A program made the translations under genes and the position numbers. The notes under the pieces are model-generated. The model made no database searches and was not told the DNA's origin. It saw only the letters and a program-made list of their open reading frames with translations. This document shows positions 1-7,710 of a stretch of DNA of 64,000 bases, one piece after another; position 1 is the stretch's first letter, and the number at the start of each line of letters is the position of its first letter. Origin of the DNA: an uncultured Thermotogae bacterium (GTDB lineage: Bacteria > Bipolaricaulota > Bipolaricaulia > UBA7950 > UBA9294); the NCBI GenBank assembly GCA_964523545.1, contig CAZFZM010000004.1, forward strand, positions 395-64,394, given 5' to 3'.

Positions 1-758
1 TCGCCCAGCACCCTCCGGAGAGAAGGACCATCCAGCCAGCTAGTTCGTTCCCATCTCTTCTCCCCCCTCCCGTCCTCGAAATCCTCCCACTGCTCCTGCC
101 AGCCTTCATCGGGGGGCTGTCCTTGCTGAAGCCCAGCGACGTACCGCTGCACAATCTCGGTGATTTCCCATTGGGCGCGACTAGCAATGGTGCGCAGATC
201 CATGGCTTGCAGGGTAGTTGTTGGGTCGATGTCAACTGCTGCGCGAGAACGCAGAAGGGAAGCCTCGAGCCAAGGGAACGCGGCGGCAAGCCTGCGGCGA
301 ACTGCCTCTGGACTGGCGATGCCGATGAAGGATCGCGCCACGCCTTCCCGTCTCTCCACGAAGACGAAGGTCTTCAAACCGCCCACTTGACCGAGAACTA
401 CAGCGAAGATGAACAAACGAGATGTGAGCCATTCGTGCCCGCTCCCAAGATCGATGATGGCGAAGTCAGAGGCTGTTGGTTGTGCCAACTGGCGGGTAAG
501 TTCAATCGTCGCATCGGAACTGAACTCATCAGCGGAAACAAGAGCGTGTGCATCGACAAGCTCAGTGGCCCAGGGATTGACGAGCTCTTTCGCAGGCGAG
601 AACTCAATGCGGAAATCGCCGAACGAGATTTTCGTGGCTCGACCGAGCAAGTTGGGAATGAACTTCTTGAGCGGCTCCTTGAGAGCGAACGCGGCCGCGG
701 CGACTGCTATGGGCCAGGCGATGGCATCCAGTATTGGTGCGACGGCGTCTATGCTCAT
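1..758 (-). CDS. hypothetical protein, N-terminal part (gene continues beyond left edge)
   Basis: Minus-strand frame is open from ATG 758-756 to position 1; it is absent from the ORF track because there is no stop in the window. AGAGGTG lies 6 nt upstream of the ATG. Product MSIDAVAPILDAIAWPIAVAAAAFALKEPLKKFIPNLLGRATKISFGDFRIEF... starts with a hydrophobic helix and reads more protein-like than listed + ORF 123-821. Confidence 0.55.
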   Translation of the reverse strand, partial: MSIDAVAPILDAIAWPIAVAAAAFALKEPLKKFIPNLLGRATKISFGDFRIEFSPAKELVNPWATELVDAHALVSADEFSSDATIELTRQLAQPTASDFAIIDLGSGHEWLTSRLFIFAVVLGQVGGLKTFVFVERREGVARSFIGIASPEAVRRRLAAAFPWLEASLLRSRAAVDIDPTTTLQAMDLRTIASRAQWEITEIVQRYVAGLQQGQPPDEGWQEQWEDFEDGRGEKRWERTSWLDGPSLRRVLG

Positions 759-1035
759 ACGATGTCACCTCTATTCTTCGCAGTGTGGATTCCTGCGCCA
801 GCATCCTACCACCTAGCATGAGATTGGTGCAATTGTAGGTGTGTCCCCTTCAGCTCCGCAGGAATGGCACTGGCTCCCCGAGATACGTGATCTGCGACGA
901 GCGTCCTGGCCGTGTTGAGAAGGGCACCGAGGCCAATCGCGAGCATCTGCCGATCAATCTAAGGATGGAACTCGTGCTTCGTTCGAGTGCAGGTCGCGGG
1001 GAGATCTCGCGAGAGGTTGGGGTCGGGTGCTCGGA

Positions 1036-1255
1036 GGATCTGGAATTTGCAGGCTCGATGCGGTTTGGGTATCGCGGCTTGATCGGTGGCGGAAGGTGTT
1101 GTGCGTCTTCCGTCAAGCTGCTCGCCACTTCGGGCAAATGAGCAGCCTGTGTCACCCCGGGACTCCGCCACCGTGGAAATCCGAAAAGCGAAGGTCTGAC
1201 CCCTCGCCCTTCTGTGGATGATCCGAAGAATGAAGGTCTGACCCCTTGCCCTCCC
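1036..1255 (+). repeat. dispersed intergenic repeat, copy A (head type 1 plus tail with two GAAGGTCTGACCCC units)
   Basis: GGATCTGGAATTTGCAGGCTCGATGCGGTTTGGGT...GTGTCACCCCGGGACTCCGCCACC..., then units at 1181-1212 and 1223-1255. The head matches copy C and the tail matches copies B and D. Confidence 0.8.
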
Positions 1256-1326
1256 TTGGAGATAGGGTATGTGTCCCCCGATTCCCCTGAGCGGCTAAGC
1301 GAGGGCCCGCGAATCCAACTATCTAT

Positions 1327-1464
1327 TTAGAGTCGTGTGAACTCCGTTCCGTCGCAACTCGGGCATGGAGGCAACGTGTCGTCTGCGTCATCAAGTCGAA
1401 CTGTTGTACCACATGCGTTACACATGTACGTCCCGATTCCAGGCTTCTCCCCGGTTGTCGGCAT
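1327..1464 (-). CDS. 45-aa zinc-ribbon protein (CxxC...CxxC, FmdB-like)
   Basis: Hand-translated codon by codon: MPTTGEKPGIGTYMCNACGTTVRLDDADDTLPPCPSCDGTEFTRL. The ATG lies 1 nt after the stop of the upstream small ORF (translational coupling). Too short for the ORF track. Confidence 0.6.
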   Translation of the reverse strand: MPTTGEKPGIGTYMCNACGTTVRLDDADDTLPPCPSCDGTEFTRL

Positions 1465-1465
1465 T

Positions 1466-1648
1466 CTACTTGCCCTTCTTCTTATCCCACCTGCTGCTGG
1501 CCAGCTTCTGGGATTCCTTCGACGTGCGACCTCGCCCTTCGGCCTTGCTTTTGCCGTCTGTGATGGTGGTCTTGTAGTGGTGATCCCCGAAGATTCGTTC
1601 CTCGATGAAGCTCTCCTTCTCCGTCCGCGACTTCGTTCGCTTGGGCAT
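1466..1648 (-). CDS. 60-aa basic hydrophilic protein, unknown function
   Basis: Internal ATG of listed ORF 1466-1777, preceded by AAAGGAGGGG. Product MPKRTKSRTEKESFIEERIFGDHHYKTTITDGKSKAEGRGRTSKESQKLASSRWDKKKGK. Directly coupled to the Zn-ribbon ORF. Confidence 0.55.
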   Translation of the reverse strand: MPKRTKSRTEKESFIEERIFGDHHYKTTITDGKSKAEGRGRTSKESQKLASSRWDKKKGK

Positions 1649-1835
1649 GTCCCCTCCTTTCATAGATGCCCATAGGCGGATCATACATGAAAGTGCTGGG
1701 AACGTGAATGGAAGACAGGTCGCTGATAGATGGAAGGACCTTGAAGAGCATCTACGGGTTGCGAGCACAAACCGCAACTTGGGTGGCTGATTGAATGCCT
1801 ACCCCTAGTGTAGCTTCGCAGCGTACCCGGTGGGG

Positions 1836-2035
1836 CAAAGCCTGGGAAGAGCGAAGTCTCACTTCCCGAGAGCTGCTGTGTGTCCTGGACTCTCTGAGCG
1901 GAAGGCGCAAGAGATGGGGTGTGTGCGCCGACCTAACCAGCCGTGGAGCATCCGAAGAGTGAAGGTCTGACCCCTTGCCCTTCCAAGCAGCCATAGAGCA
2001 TCCGAAGAACGAAGGTCTGACTCCGTGCCGTTCCC
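1836..2035 (+). repeat. dispersed intergenic repeat, copy B (head type 2 plus two tail units)
   Basis: CAAAGCCTGGGAAGAGCGAAGTCTCACTTCCCGAG...CTGGACTCTCTGAGCGGAAGGCGCAAGAGATGGGGTGTGTG aligns with copy D. Tail units TCCGAAGAGTGAAGGTCTGACCCCTTGCCCTTCC (1951-1984) and 2001-2035. Confidence 0.8.
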
Positions 2036-2056
2036 AAGCGGCGGCAGGCGAGGCTC

Positions 2057-2347
2057 TTGCCCTACCTCGAGAACGGGAATCCGATCCGAGTTCATCGGTG
2101 GGACGACATCCTCTCCGCAGAGCAAGGGGCATTCGGCGGCGACGATTCGTTCGCCATGTTCGAGTTGGCTGTCCGATACCTCATCGACGAGGGTGGCTTG
2201 GGCAAGACCGCCGAGGACGCCAAACGCGTGTTCCTGGACATCCGAGCCGGGCTGTCCTTCGCCGACGCCTTCGAGAACAGGTTCGGCATGAGCCTTGCGG
2301 AGTACGAGGCATCCTTCGACAGCCTGATGCAGGAGTACCTCGACTAG
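2057..2347 (+). pseudogene. possible C-terminal gene fragment (96 codons) sandwiched between repeat copies
   Basis: ORF with a TTG start lying just past the tail of repeat copy B, no SD. The translation ...GDDSFAMFELAVRYLIDEGGLGKTAEDAKRVFLDIRAGLSFADAFENRFGMSLAEYEASFDSLMQEYLD looks like the tail of a larger enzyme. Family not recognised. Confidence 0.3.
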
Positions 2348-2372
2348 GCGTGTTGCGGATCAGGCGCTCGCA

Positions 2373-2489
2373 GGATCGTGAGCTTGCAGGCTCGATGGGG
2401 GTTTGGGTGCTGCGGGTTGATGAGTTGAGTACTGTGTCCCCGGAACTCCCCAAGGTGTCAAAACACAGGACCTGACCCCATCCCGTGCG
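2373..2489 (+). repeat. dispersed intergenic repeat, copy C (head type 1, degenerate tail)
   Basis: GGATCGTGAGCTTGCAGGCTCGATGGGGGTTTGGGTGCTGCGGGTTGATGAG...GTGTCCCCGGAACTCCCCAAGG...AGGACCTGACCCC. Roughly 80 percent identical to copy A over the first 50 nt by eye. Confidence 0.7.
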
Positions 2490-2529
2490 AGATGTTGCGG
2501 CACATCAGGTATTGGTCGAAGCTATCGTC

Positions 2530-3534
2530 ATGTCCACTGCGTTGCCCTCTGCTGAACACGTGAGGATCCCCGGTCTGTCGTTCCGCCGGTTCCGCGGGGA
2601 CGCCGACTTCCCCGTGATGGTCGAGATCATGAACGCGGGCAACCGGGCCGATCGTGAGGAGTACAACCAGTCCGCCGCCGACGTCGCGCACGTCTTCTCC
2701 CATCTCACGAACTGCGAGCCTGGGACTGACATGCTGTTCGCGGAGGTCCGCAACGATCCGGCTGGCTACTCGCGCGTCTTCTGGAAAGACGAGTACGCTG
2801 GGCCGCGGCTCTACCTCCATCTGGGGTTCGTGGTTCCGGCCTGGAGGCGTCGTGGGCTGGGTAGGGTGATTCTGCGGTGGAACGAGGATCGCCTCTCGGA
2901 GATCGGGGCCGAGCACCCGCGGGAGGTCGAGAAGCTCCTTCAGGTTTGGACAACCGATGCCAATCCGGGCGCCATGGCTCTGTTTGAGTCGGCGGGCTAT
3001 CACGTTGCGCGGACGATGCTCGGGATGACGCGACCGACGTGCGACGTGATACCGAGCTACTCGCTTCCTGAAGGGCTGGAGATCCGCCCAACCCGGCCCA
3101 ATCAGTACCGCGCGGTGTGGGACGCGTGGGAGGAAGGCTATCAGGACCATTGGGGGCACGCGCTGCGAACCGACGACGATTACGTGGTATGGACGCAGTC
3201 ACGTCTCTTCCAGCCGGGTCTCTGGAAAGTCGCCTGGGACGGCGACGCAGTCGCGGGGATGGTCCTCAACTACGTGGACGAGCGGCGGAACGAGTGGGTC
3301 GGGATTGAGCGCGGCTACACCCAAGACATCTTCGTCCTGCGTCCCTGGCGCCGCCGCGGCTTGGCGCGAGCGCTGCTGGCTGCAAGCATCCGCATGTTCG
3401 CGGAGATGGGAATGGAGGAGACCTTACTCGGCGTGGACAGCGAGAACCCCTACGGTGCACGCAGCCTCTATGAATCCCTCGGCTATCGGGCGTACCGCAC
3501 GCACTACGTGTATCGAAAGACTCTCGCCGTCTGA
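2530..3534 (+). CDS. tandem-GNAT N-acetyltransferase (MshD-like two-domain architecture)
   Basis: Two acetyl-CoA motifs, VVPAWRRRGLGRVIL and VLRPWRRRGLARALL, each followed by ...GA..LYES.GY. The start is taken at ATG 2530 (MSTALPS) inside listed ORF 2485-3534. Confidence 0.85.
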   Translation: MSTALPSAEHVRIPGLSFRRFRGDADFPVMVEIMNAGNRADREEYNQSAADVAHVFSHLTNCEPGTDMLFAEVRNDPAGYSRVFWKDEYAGPRLYLHLGFVVPAWRRRGLGRVILRWNEDRLSEIGAEHPREVEKLLQVWTTDANPGAMALFESAGYHVARTMLGMTRPTCDVIPSYSLPEGLEIRPTRPNQYRAVWDAWEEGYQDHWGHALRTDDDYVVWTQSRLFQPGLWKVAWDGDAVAGMVLNYVDERRNEWVGIERGYTQDIFVLRPWRRRGLARALLAASIRMFAEMGMEETLLGVDSENPYGARSLYESLGYRAYRTHYVYRKTLAV

Positions 3535-3681
3535 TCCGCCGCCCGCGTAGCTTGCGAACTGAAAATCGTACTTTCTAAGGCAGGAAAAGCAGAATCCTGG
3601 TTCTTACGAGTCGTGAGGAGTTCTAAGTTGCAGTGTGTGCCCCGACCTCACCCGCAGCCCACTCGACGGGCGGCTTGCGGA

Positions 3682-3863
3682 CAAAGCCCGTGAAGAGCCA
3701 AGGCACACTTCCCGAGGGCTTCTACGTCGCTGGACTCTCTGGGCGAAAGGCGTCGGAGATGGGGTGTGTGTCCCCGGAACTCCGCCACCATGGATGATCC
3801 GAAGAATGAAGGTCTGACCCCGTGCCCTTCCCGAAGAATGAAGGTCTGACCCCGTGCCCTTCC
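3682..3863 (+). repeat. dispersed intergenic repeat, copy D (head type 2 plus two abutting tail units)
   Basis: CAAAGCCCGTGAAGAGCCAAGGCACACTTCCCGAG...GAGATGGGGTGTGTGTCCCCGGAACTCCGCCACCATGG, then TCCGAAGAATGAAGGTCTGACCCCGTGCCCTTCC (3798-3831) and a second unit at 3832-3863. Confidence 0.8.
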
Positions 3864-3873
3864 AGTTCACGGG

Positions 3874-5598
3874 CTAGCTTCCGGGTACTATGTCTTTCGC
3901 CAATGGATCCACAACCTGTGCCTTGAAGCGGGATAGATCGAGTGTGCTGAGCAAGTAGTGTCTGGACATGGTCGTGTCAATCTGCTTGAGCACAACCGTC
4001 CTGTCGATCTCTGCGAGATCTGCGAGCGTCTTCGAGATGTCTCCAAGAAAGCGATCGGAACACGTAAGCGAAGCAGCGGCTCCGATGTTGCTGATTGCAC
4101 ATACTGCGCGGCCGAAGTCGCTGAGCCCTCCCTGGGCGCAGTAGCCCTTCTCATAGCTCAACCGCGCGATCGTCGCAACCGGCTGGATGACACGTACGAA
4201 CAGAAGCGGCTCGCCGGCATAGGAGCTCAGAGTCGTAGTACCTTCAAGGAAGCTATCGACCATTGTGTGGTCAAGACTAACAAGCACCCGCATGATGGGT
4301 TCGCTGTGGGGAGAGCCGATCCAGTCGTTGTCGCGCCGCGGTCTCTTTCCAGCGAAGGCTCTCCCAATGCAGGCGAGACACTCGCAGGCGTCAAGTGCGA
4401 ACGTAAGCCCCCAACGCTTGACCCCTGGATCTGCGATTCTTTCGACCTGCGTGATCACGCATTCGATTGCACCTAAGTAGCCAACATAGGTAATGGTTCC
4501 GCGTTCGTCTAGGACCCTTGATTTCAGGAACGGCAACCAGCCAACTGTGGCCGCCACTCCTCTCATTGCAGTCAGGGCATTGTCCCTATCGTCAAGAGCG
4601 ACAGCACGCTCGCCGATAGAAGTCACTGCACGAAGGACATCCAGCTCTCCCCAGATCGAGCTCCTACAGACGGATCGCGCTGCTTGTAGAAGATGACGAA
4701 TGAGCTCTGCACCCAAGCTGGTATCGGCCTCTAGAAGAGCTCTCGCTGGACGAGTTAGATGCCTAACGAGACCTCTCACATAGGGATAGTAGCTCTCTGT
4801 CCTCTTGTTCTGGTGCAAGTCCAGCCGCCTTGTCCGCCTCGGCCGCGGGTGCACAGCGCGTGAGATGGCCTCCGTTAGCTCAGTCAACCCCACCATGGCC
4901 GTAGAGAAATCGGCCCTGCGGATTGAAGCAAGAAGCATATCCTCAATGGGTGCAAGGGCACGCTCCAGGCCCGCTTCCCTCTTCGACGGATCTTGGGTTG
5001 CTACCTTGCTCGGCCGCGGAACTTGCTCCAGGAGCTGCAGGATCATGGATCGCGGGTCCAGGATCCTGAGAGTACGGTTCGTGTATGGGATCAGCATCAA
5101 AAAAGCAGCTGGAAACGCGCTGAACGCCAGAATCACAAGGCTTTCTCGCAGGCCGGAACTCGCAGGGGTGATGTTCAGCAGGGACAGGCTGAACGTGATG
5201 GCGACACCGTAGACAAGAACGAGAACCCACAGGTCAACATGCTTCCTGAACAGGGCGATTACTCTCGGAACATAGGCCGAGGCTGATAGTTGAGCTGCGA
5301 CAAGCGTCACTGTAACGACAATTCCGATGATTGCTGCTGCGGCTTGAGCGATCGCGCTTAGCATGTAGTCGGAGCTTGCTTCTGCGAAGAGCAAAGCGAA
5401 TGATCCGCCTAGCAACCACTTCTGAAGCGAGAAGAAGGCTACTACCAGTCCGGAGAACAGCACCAAGAGCCACGTGGCCCTTCGGAATCCGCGCCAGCTC
5501 ATACGATGATCATCGCTTGCAGGGGGTGAACGATCAACTGCTCCTCTGTTGGAGCTTCTTTGACGCTGATCTTTGGCGTAGGATACTATCGTAGGCAC
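3874..5598 (-). CDS. polytopic membrane protein with large soluble C-terminal region (N-terminus DUF2254-like)
   Basis: 574-aa ORF with about 4 N-terminal TM helices. The segment AAQLSASAYVPRVIALF resembles the QLSSQ.SPR signature I associate with DUF2254. Lower GC than flanks. Start uncertain (GTG 5598 or ATG 5502); no clear SD. Confidence 0.7.
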   Translation of the reverse strand: MPTIVSYAKDQRQRSSNRGAVDRSPPASDDHRMSWRGFRRATWLLVLFSGLVVAFFSLQKWLLGGSFALLFAEASSDYMLSAIAQAAAAIIGIVVTVTLVAAQLSASAYVPRVIALFRKHVDLWVLVLVYGVAITFSLSLLNITPASSGLRESLVILAFSAFPAAFLMLIPYTNRTLRILDPRSMILQLLEQVPRPSKVATQDPSKREAGLERALAPIEDMLLASIRRADFSTAMVGLTELTEAISRAVHPRPRRTRRLDLHQNKRTESYYPYVRGLVRHLTRPARALLEADTSLGAELIRHLLQAARSVCRSSIWGELDVLRAVTSIGERAVALDDRDNALTAMRGVAATVGWLPFLKSRVLDERGTITYVGYLGAIECVITQVERIADPGVKRWGLTFALDACECLACIGRAFAGKRPRRDNDWIGSPHSEPIMRVLVSLDHTMVDSFLEGTTTLSSYAGEPLLFVRVIQPVATIARLSYEKGYCAQGGLSDFGRAVCAISNIGAAASLTCSDRFLGDISKTLADLAEIDRTVVLKQIDTTMSRHYLLSTLDLSRFKAQVVDPLAKDIVPGS

Positions 5599-5660
5599 TG
5601 CAGTTCAGTGCTCATAGTCGAACGCAGGTGGGAGAGTGGCTGGCTAGGGGAGGTCTAGTG

Positions 5661-6242
5661 ATGACTTCGGCCAGGCGTGAGATCGCAGCGAAGGCAGCAA
5701 CAACGGCCATCGCAATCCTGATTCTCATCCTGAGGAAGGTGTGGCCAGACCTTCTCAATACCACTGACCTGTTCATCCTTGCTCTGGCTCTGCTGCCATG
5801 GCTGAGTTCGATCCTGAAGTCCGTTGAGTTTCCTGGCGGCGGGAAGATCGAATTCAAGGATGTTCAAGAGGCAGTATCGAAGGCTACAGAGGAAGCCTCG
5901 GAAGCAGTTCTTGAGCGCGCAAAGGCCTACTCAGAAGAGATACCGCCGGATGTTGATCCAGATCTTGCGCTTGTTGGGTTGAGAATCGAGATTGAGAGAA
6001 GGGTTCGACGATTGGCAATCAAGGCCGGATTGGAGACGCAGAAGTCTCTGATGCGGACGATTCGTGCTCTTCAGAAGGAAGGCGTGCTAGCAGGTGCAAG
6101 GGTGAGCGGCCTAGTGGAGCTAGTCATGTTCGGCAATCAGGCCGCCCATGGTAGAGCTGTCGACAAGGACGCCGCTGAGTGGGCAAGGGACTGTGGCCCC
6201 CAGGTATTGGCGGTTCTTGATGAGCTGCTCACGGACGACTAG
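5661..6242 (+). CDS. membrane-anchored DUF4145/HEPN-like protein
   Basis: ATG 5661 is preceded by AGGGGAGG. There are two N-terminal TM helices. The C-terminal helical domain ...RIEIERRVRRLAIKAG...TIRALQKEGVL...LVMFGNQAAHG... fits the DUF4145 pattern (R..E.., L...g.l, GN.aaH) by eye. Confidence 0.65.
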   Translation: MTSARREIAAKAATTAIAILILILRKVWPDLLNTTDLFILALALLPWLSSILKSVEFPGGGKIEFKDVQEAVSKATEEASEAVLERAKAYSEEIPPDVDPDLALVGLRIEIERRVRRLAIKAGLETQKSLMRTIRALQKEGVLAGARVSGLVELVMFGNQAAHGRAVDKDAAEWARDCGPQVLAVLDELLTDD

Positions 6243-6317
6243 GCGCGGACAGTGAGTCAGCAGTGTCAGTCAAGAAGCGAGCCAACGCGACAGCCTGCAA
6301 CACCTTAGGAGATAGAC

Positions 6318-7247
6318 GTGATCAGCCAGCGAGCTGCCATGGCGATATCCGACGCGTATAGGCATAGGTTCTCATCGACGGAGCGGAGTGGGCCGTACGG
6401 CGGCACCAGCGAGCGCGTTCACCGCGAAAGGCTCTACGACTTCCTCTATGAGCGTGAGTACGAGCCGTGGTTCTGCAACATGGTGAAGAAGCTCCGCAGC
6501 AGAAGAGCTCTTAAAGAGTGGGTGCTCAGACTGCATACAGGTGAGACTCTGAGCGCTGCCACGCCGGACTGGTCGTGGGATCAGAGAGCGCGGCTGGGAC
6601 AGCAGTACTTGCGGAACCTGGCAGAAGACTACCTGAATTGGTACGAGTCCGAAGACGAGGAATGGGTCGCCAAGTCGTATCGCAATACCTACGACAAGGT
6701 ACTCCAGAGGCTGGAGATAGATGGATACTTGTATCGCCAAGGGGAGTTGCTGGTCCCGGAACCCGATGTTGTTGATGTTGAGGCTGAATCCAGTCTGCTT
6801 CGCTCGCTCTTCTTGAGATTGGGGCTGTCGGGGAAAGATGAGGCGTTCGGGTTTCTAGAGCTCTCCGAAGAGCACTACGTTGCGGGACGATGGTCGGACT
6901 GCATTGGTAATGCCAGGAAGTTCTTCGAGTTGGTACTGCGGGGAGTTGCTGAGAAGCATGCTGCTGGGATGCCGAGGAATGACTCTCAACCTCTTGTAGG
7001 TGACCGTCCAGCAGATGTCCGCTCATACCTGGAGACAGGTGGTCTCCTGGAGAAGAAGGAGCGTGAGGCTGTCGAGAAGGTTTATGCCCTTCTAAGCCAT
7101 ACAGGAGCACATCCTTATATGGCCGAGAAGGACCAAGCTCGGCTATTGCGGCAGGTGTCGCTGACCCTCACGCAGTTTGTTATGCTACGTCTGGAGGGAG
7201 CGATGCAGGGCGGAGACCGCCTTGGCGATCTACCGGCATGTGAGTGA
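6318..7247 (+). CDS. hypothetical protein with C-terminal DUF4145/HEPN-like helical domain
   Basis: GTG start with AGGAGA 5 nt upstream, 309 aa. The C-terminal half ...HYVAGRWSDCIGNARKFFELVLRGVA...VRSYLETGGLLEKKEREAVEKVYALLSHTGAHPY... has the same helix pattern as the preceding gene. Confidence 0.65.
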   Translation: MISQRAAMAISDAYRHRFSSTERSGPYGGTSERVHRERLYDFLYEREYEPWFCNMVKKLRSRRALKEWVLRLHTGETLSAATPDWSWDQRARLGQQYLRNLAEDYLNWYESEDEEWVAKSYRNTYDKVLQRLEIDGYLYRQGELLVPEPDVVDVEAESSLLRSLFLRLGLSGKDEAFGFLELSEEHYVAGRWSDCIGNARKFFELVLRGVAEKHAAGMPRNDSQPLVGDRPADVRSYLETGGLLEKKEREAVEKVYALLSHTGAHPYMAEKDQARLLRQVSLTLTQFVMLRLEGAMQGGDRLGDLPACE

Positions 7248-7390
7248 CTGCGCCCTCGGGCAGTGCTCCGATAGGCCCGCCAGCAGACACCCGCGAATCA
7301 TGCTGTCAGACAACGTCTGGCATTCCGGTTCCCGTCCGACGAGCAGACGAGCGCCGGATGGTTGGGCGATATGGACCCTGAGGAAGCGAA

Positions 7391-7416
7391 GAAGGGGCGC
7401 CCTCCGACGCCCCTTC
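7391..7416 (+). terminator. GC-rich hairpin downstream of 6318-7247 (possible terminator, no T tract)
   Basis: GAAGGGGCG-ccctccga-CGCCCCTTC: a 9-bp perfect stem and an 8-nt loop. Confidence 0.3.
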
Positions 7417-7710
7417 TCAATCGACAAACGCTCAGCCTGCTCTCGCAGGTTGCTTAGCTCTCGGCCATCTTTCGATACGTCTCGTAGCGCTCTCCTGTAT
7501 TCCGGGTACTCAAGCTACGGGCTCGAGTACCTTGAGAGAAACGAAGCCACTGTCGGTGTTCTCGTTCTCTATCTCCAGCGGAATGCCTATCGACTGCTAC
7601 CCAGCTTCTGCCAACGCCCTGCAGAGCAGCACGTACCGGCCCAGCAGCTGGCCATTTCTTCGGAGATCATGGCTCTCGCTACAATGCACTCATCGGAGGA
7701 TGTGTTCGTA

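Noticed and set aside
123-821. + strand 232-aa ORF at the left edge
   Set aside because: It has no SD and an unconvincing composition. The minus-strand frame, open to the window edge with an AGAGGTG site, is preferred.
1337-1675. + strand 112-aa ORF overlapping the two small minus-strand genes
   Set aside because: It has no SD and a low-complexity Leu/Pro/Ala-rich product. The minus-strand pair has an SD, tight coupling and a clean Zn-ribbon motif.
838-3863. Repeat-flanked small genes as an integron cassette array (repeats as attC sites)
   Set aside because: No GTTRRRY/RYYYAAC core sites were seen in the repeats. The cassettes are in mixed orientation, and no intI integrase or attI is in the window.
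3798-3863. Tandem ~33-nt units as a possible CRISPR array (also the 30-nt periodic repeat at 14371-14520)
   Set aside because: The units abut without spacers, there are only two per locus, and no cas genes are present. The 30-nt repeat is in-frame coding sequence with its own SD and promoter.
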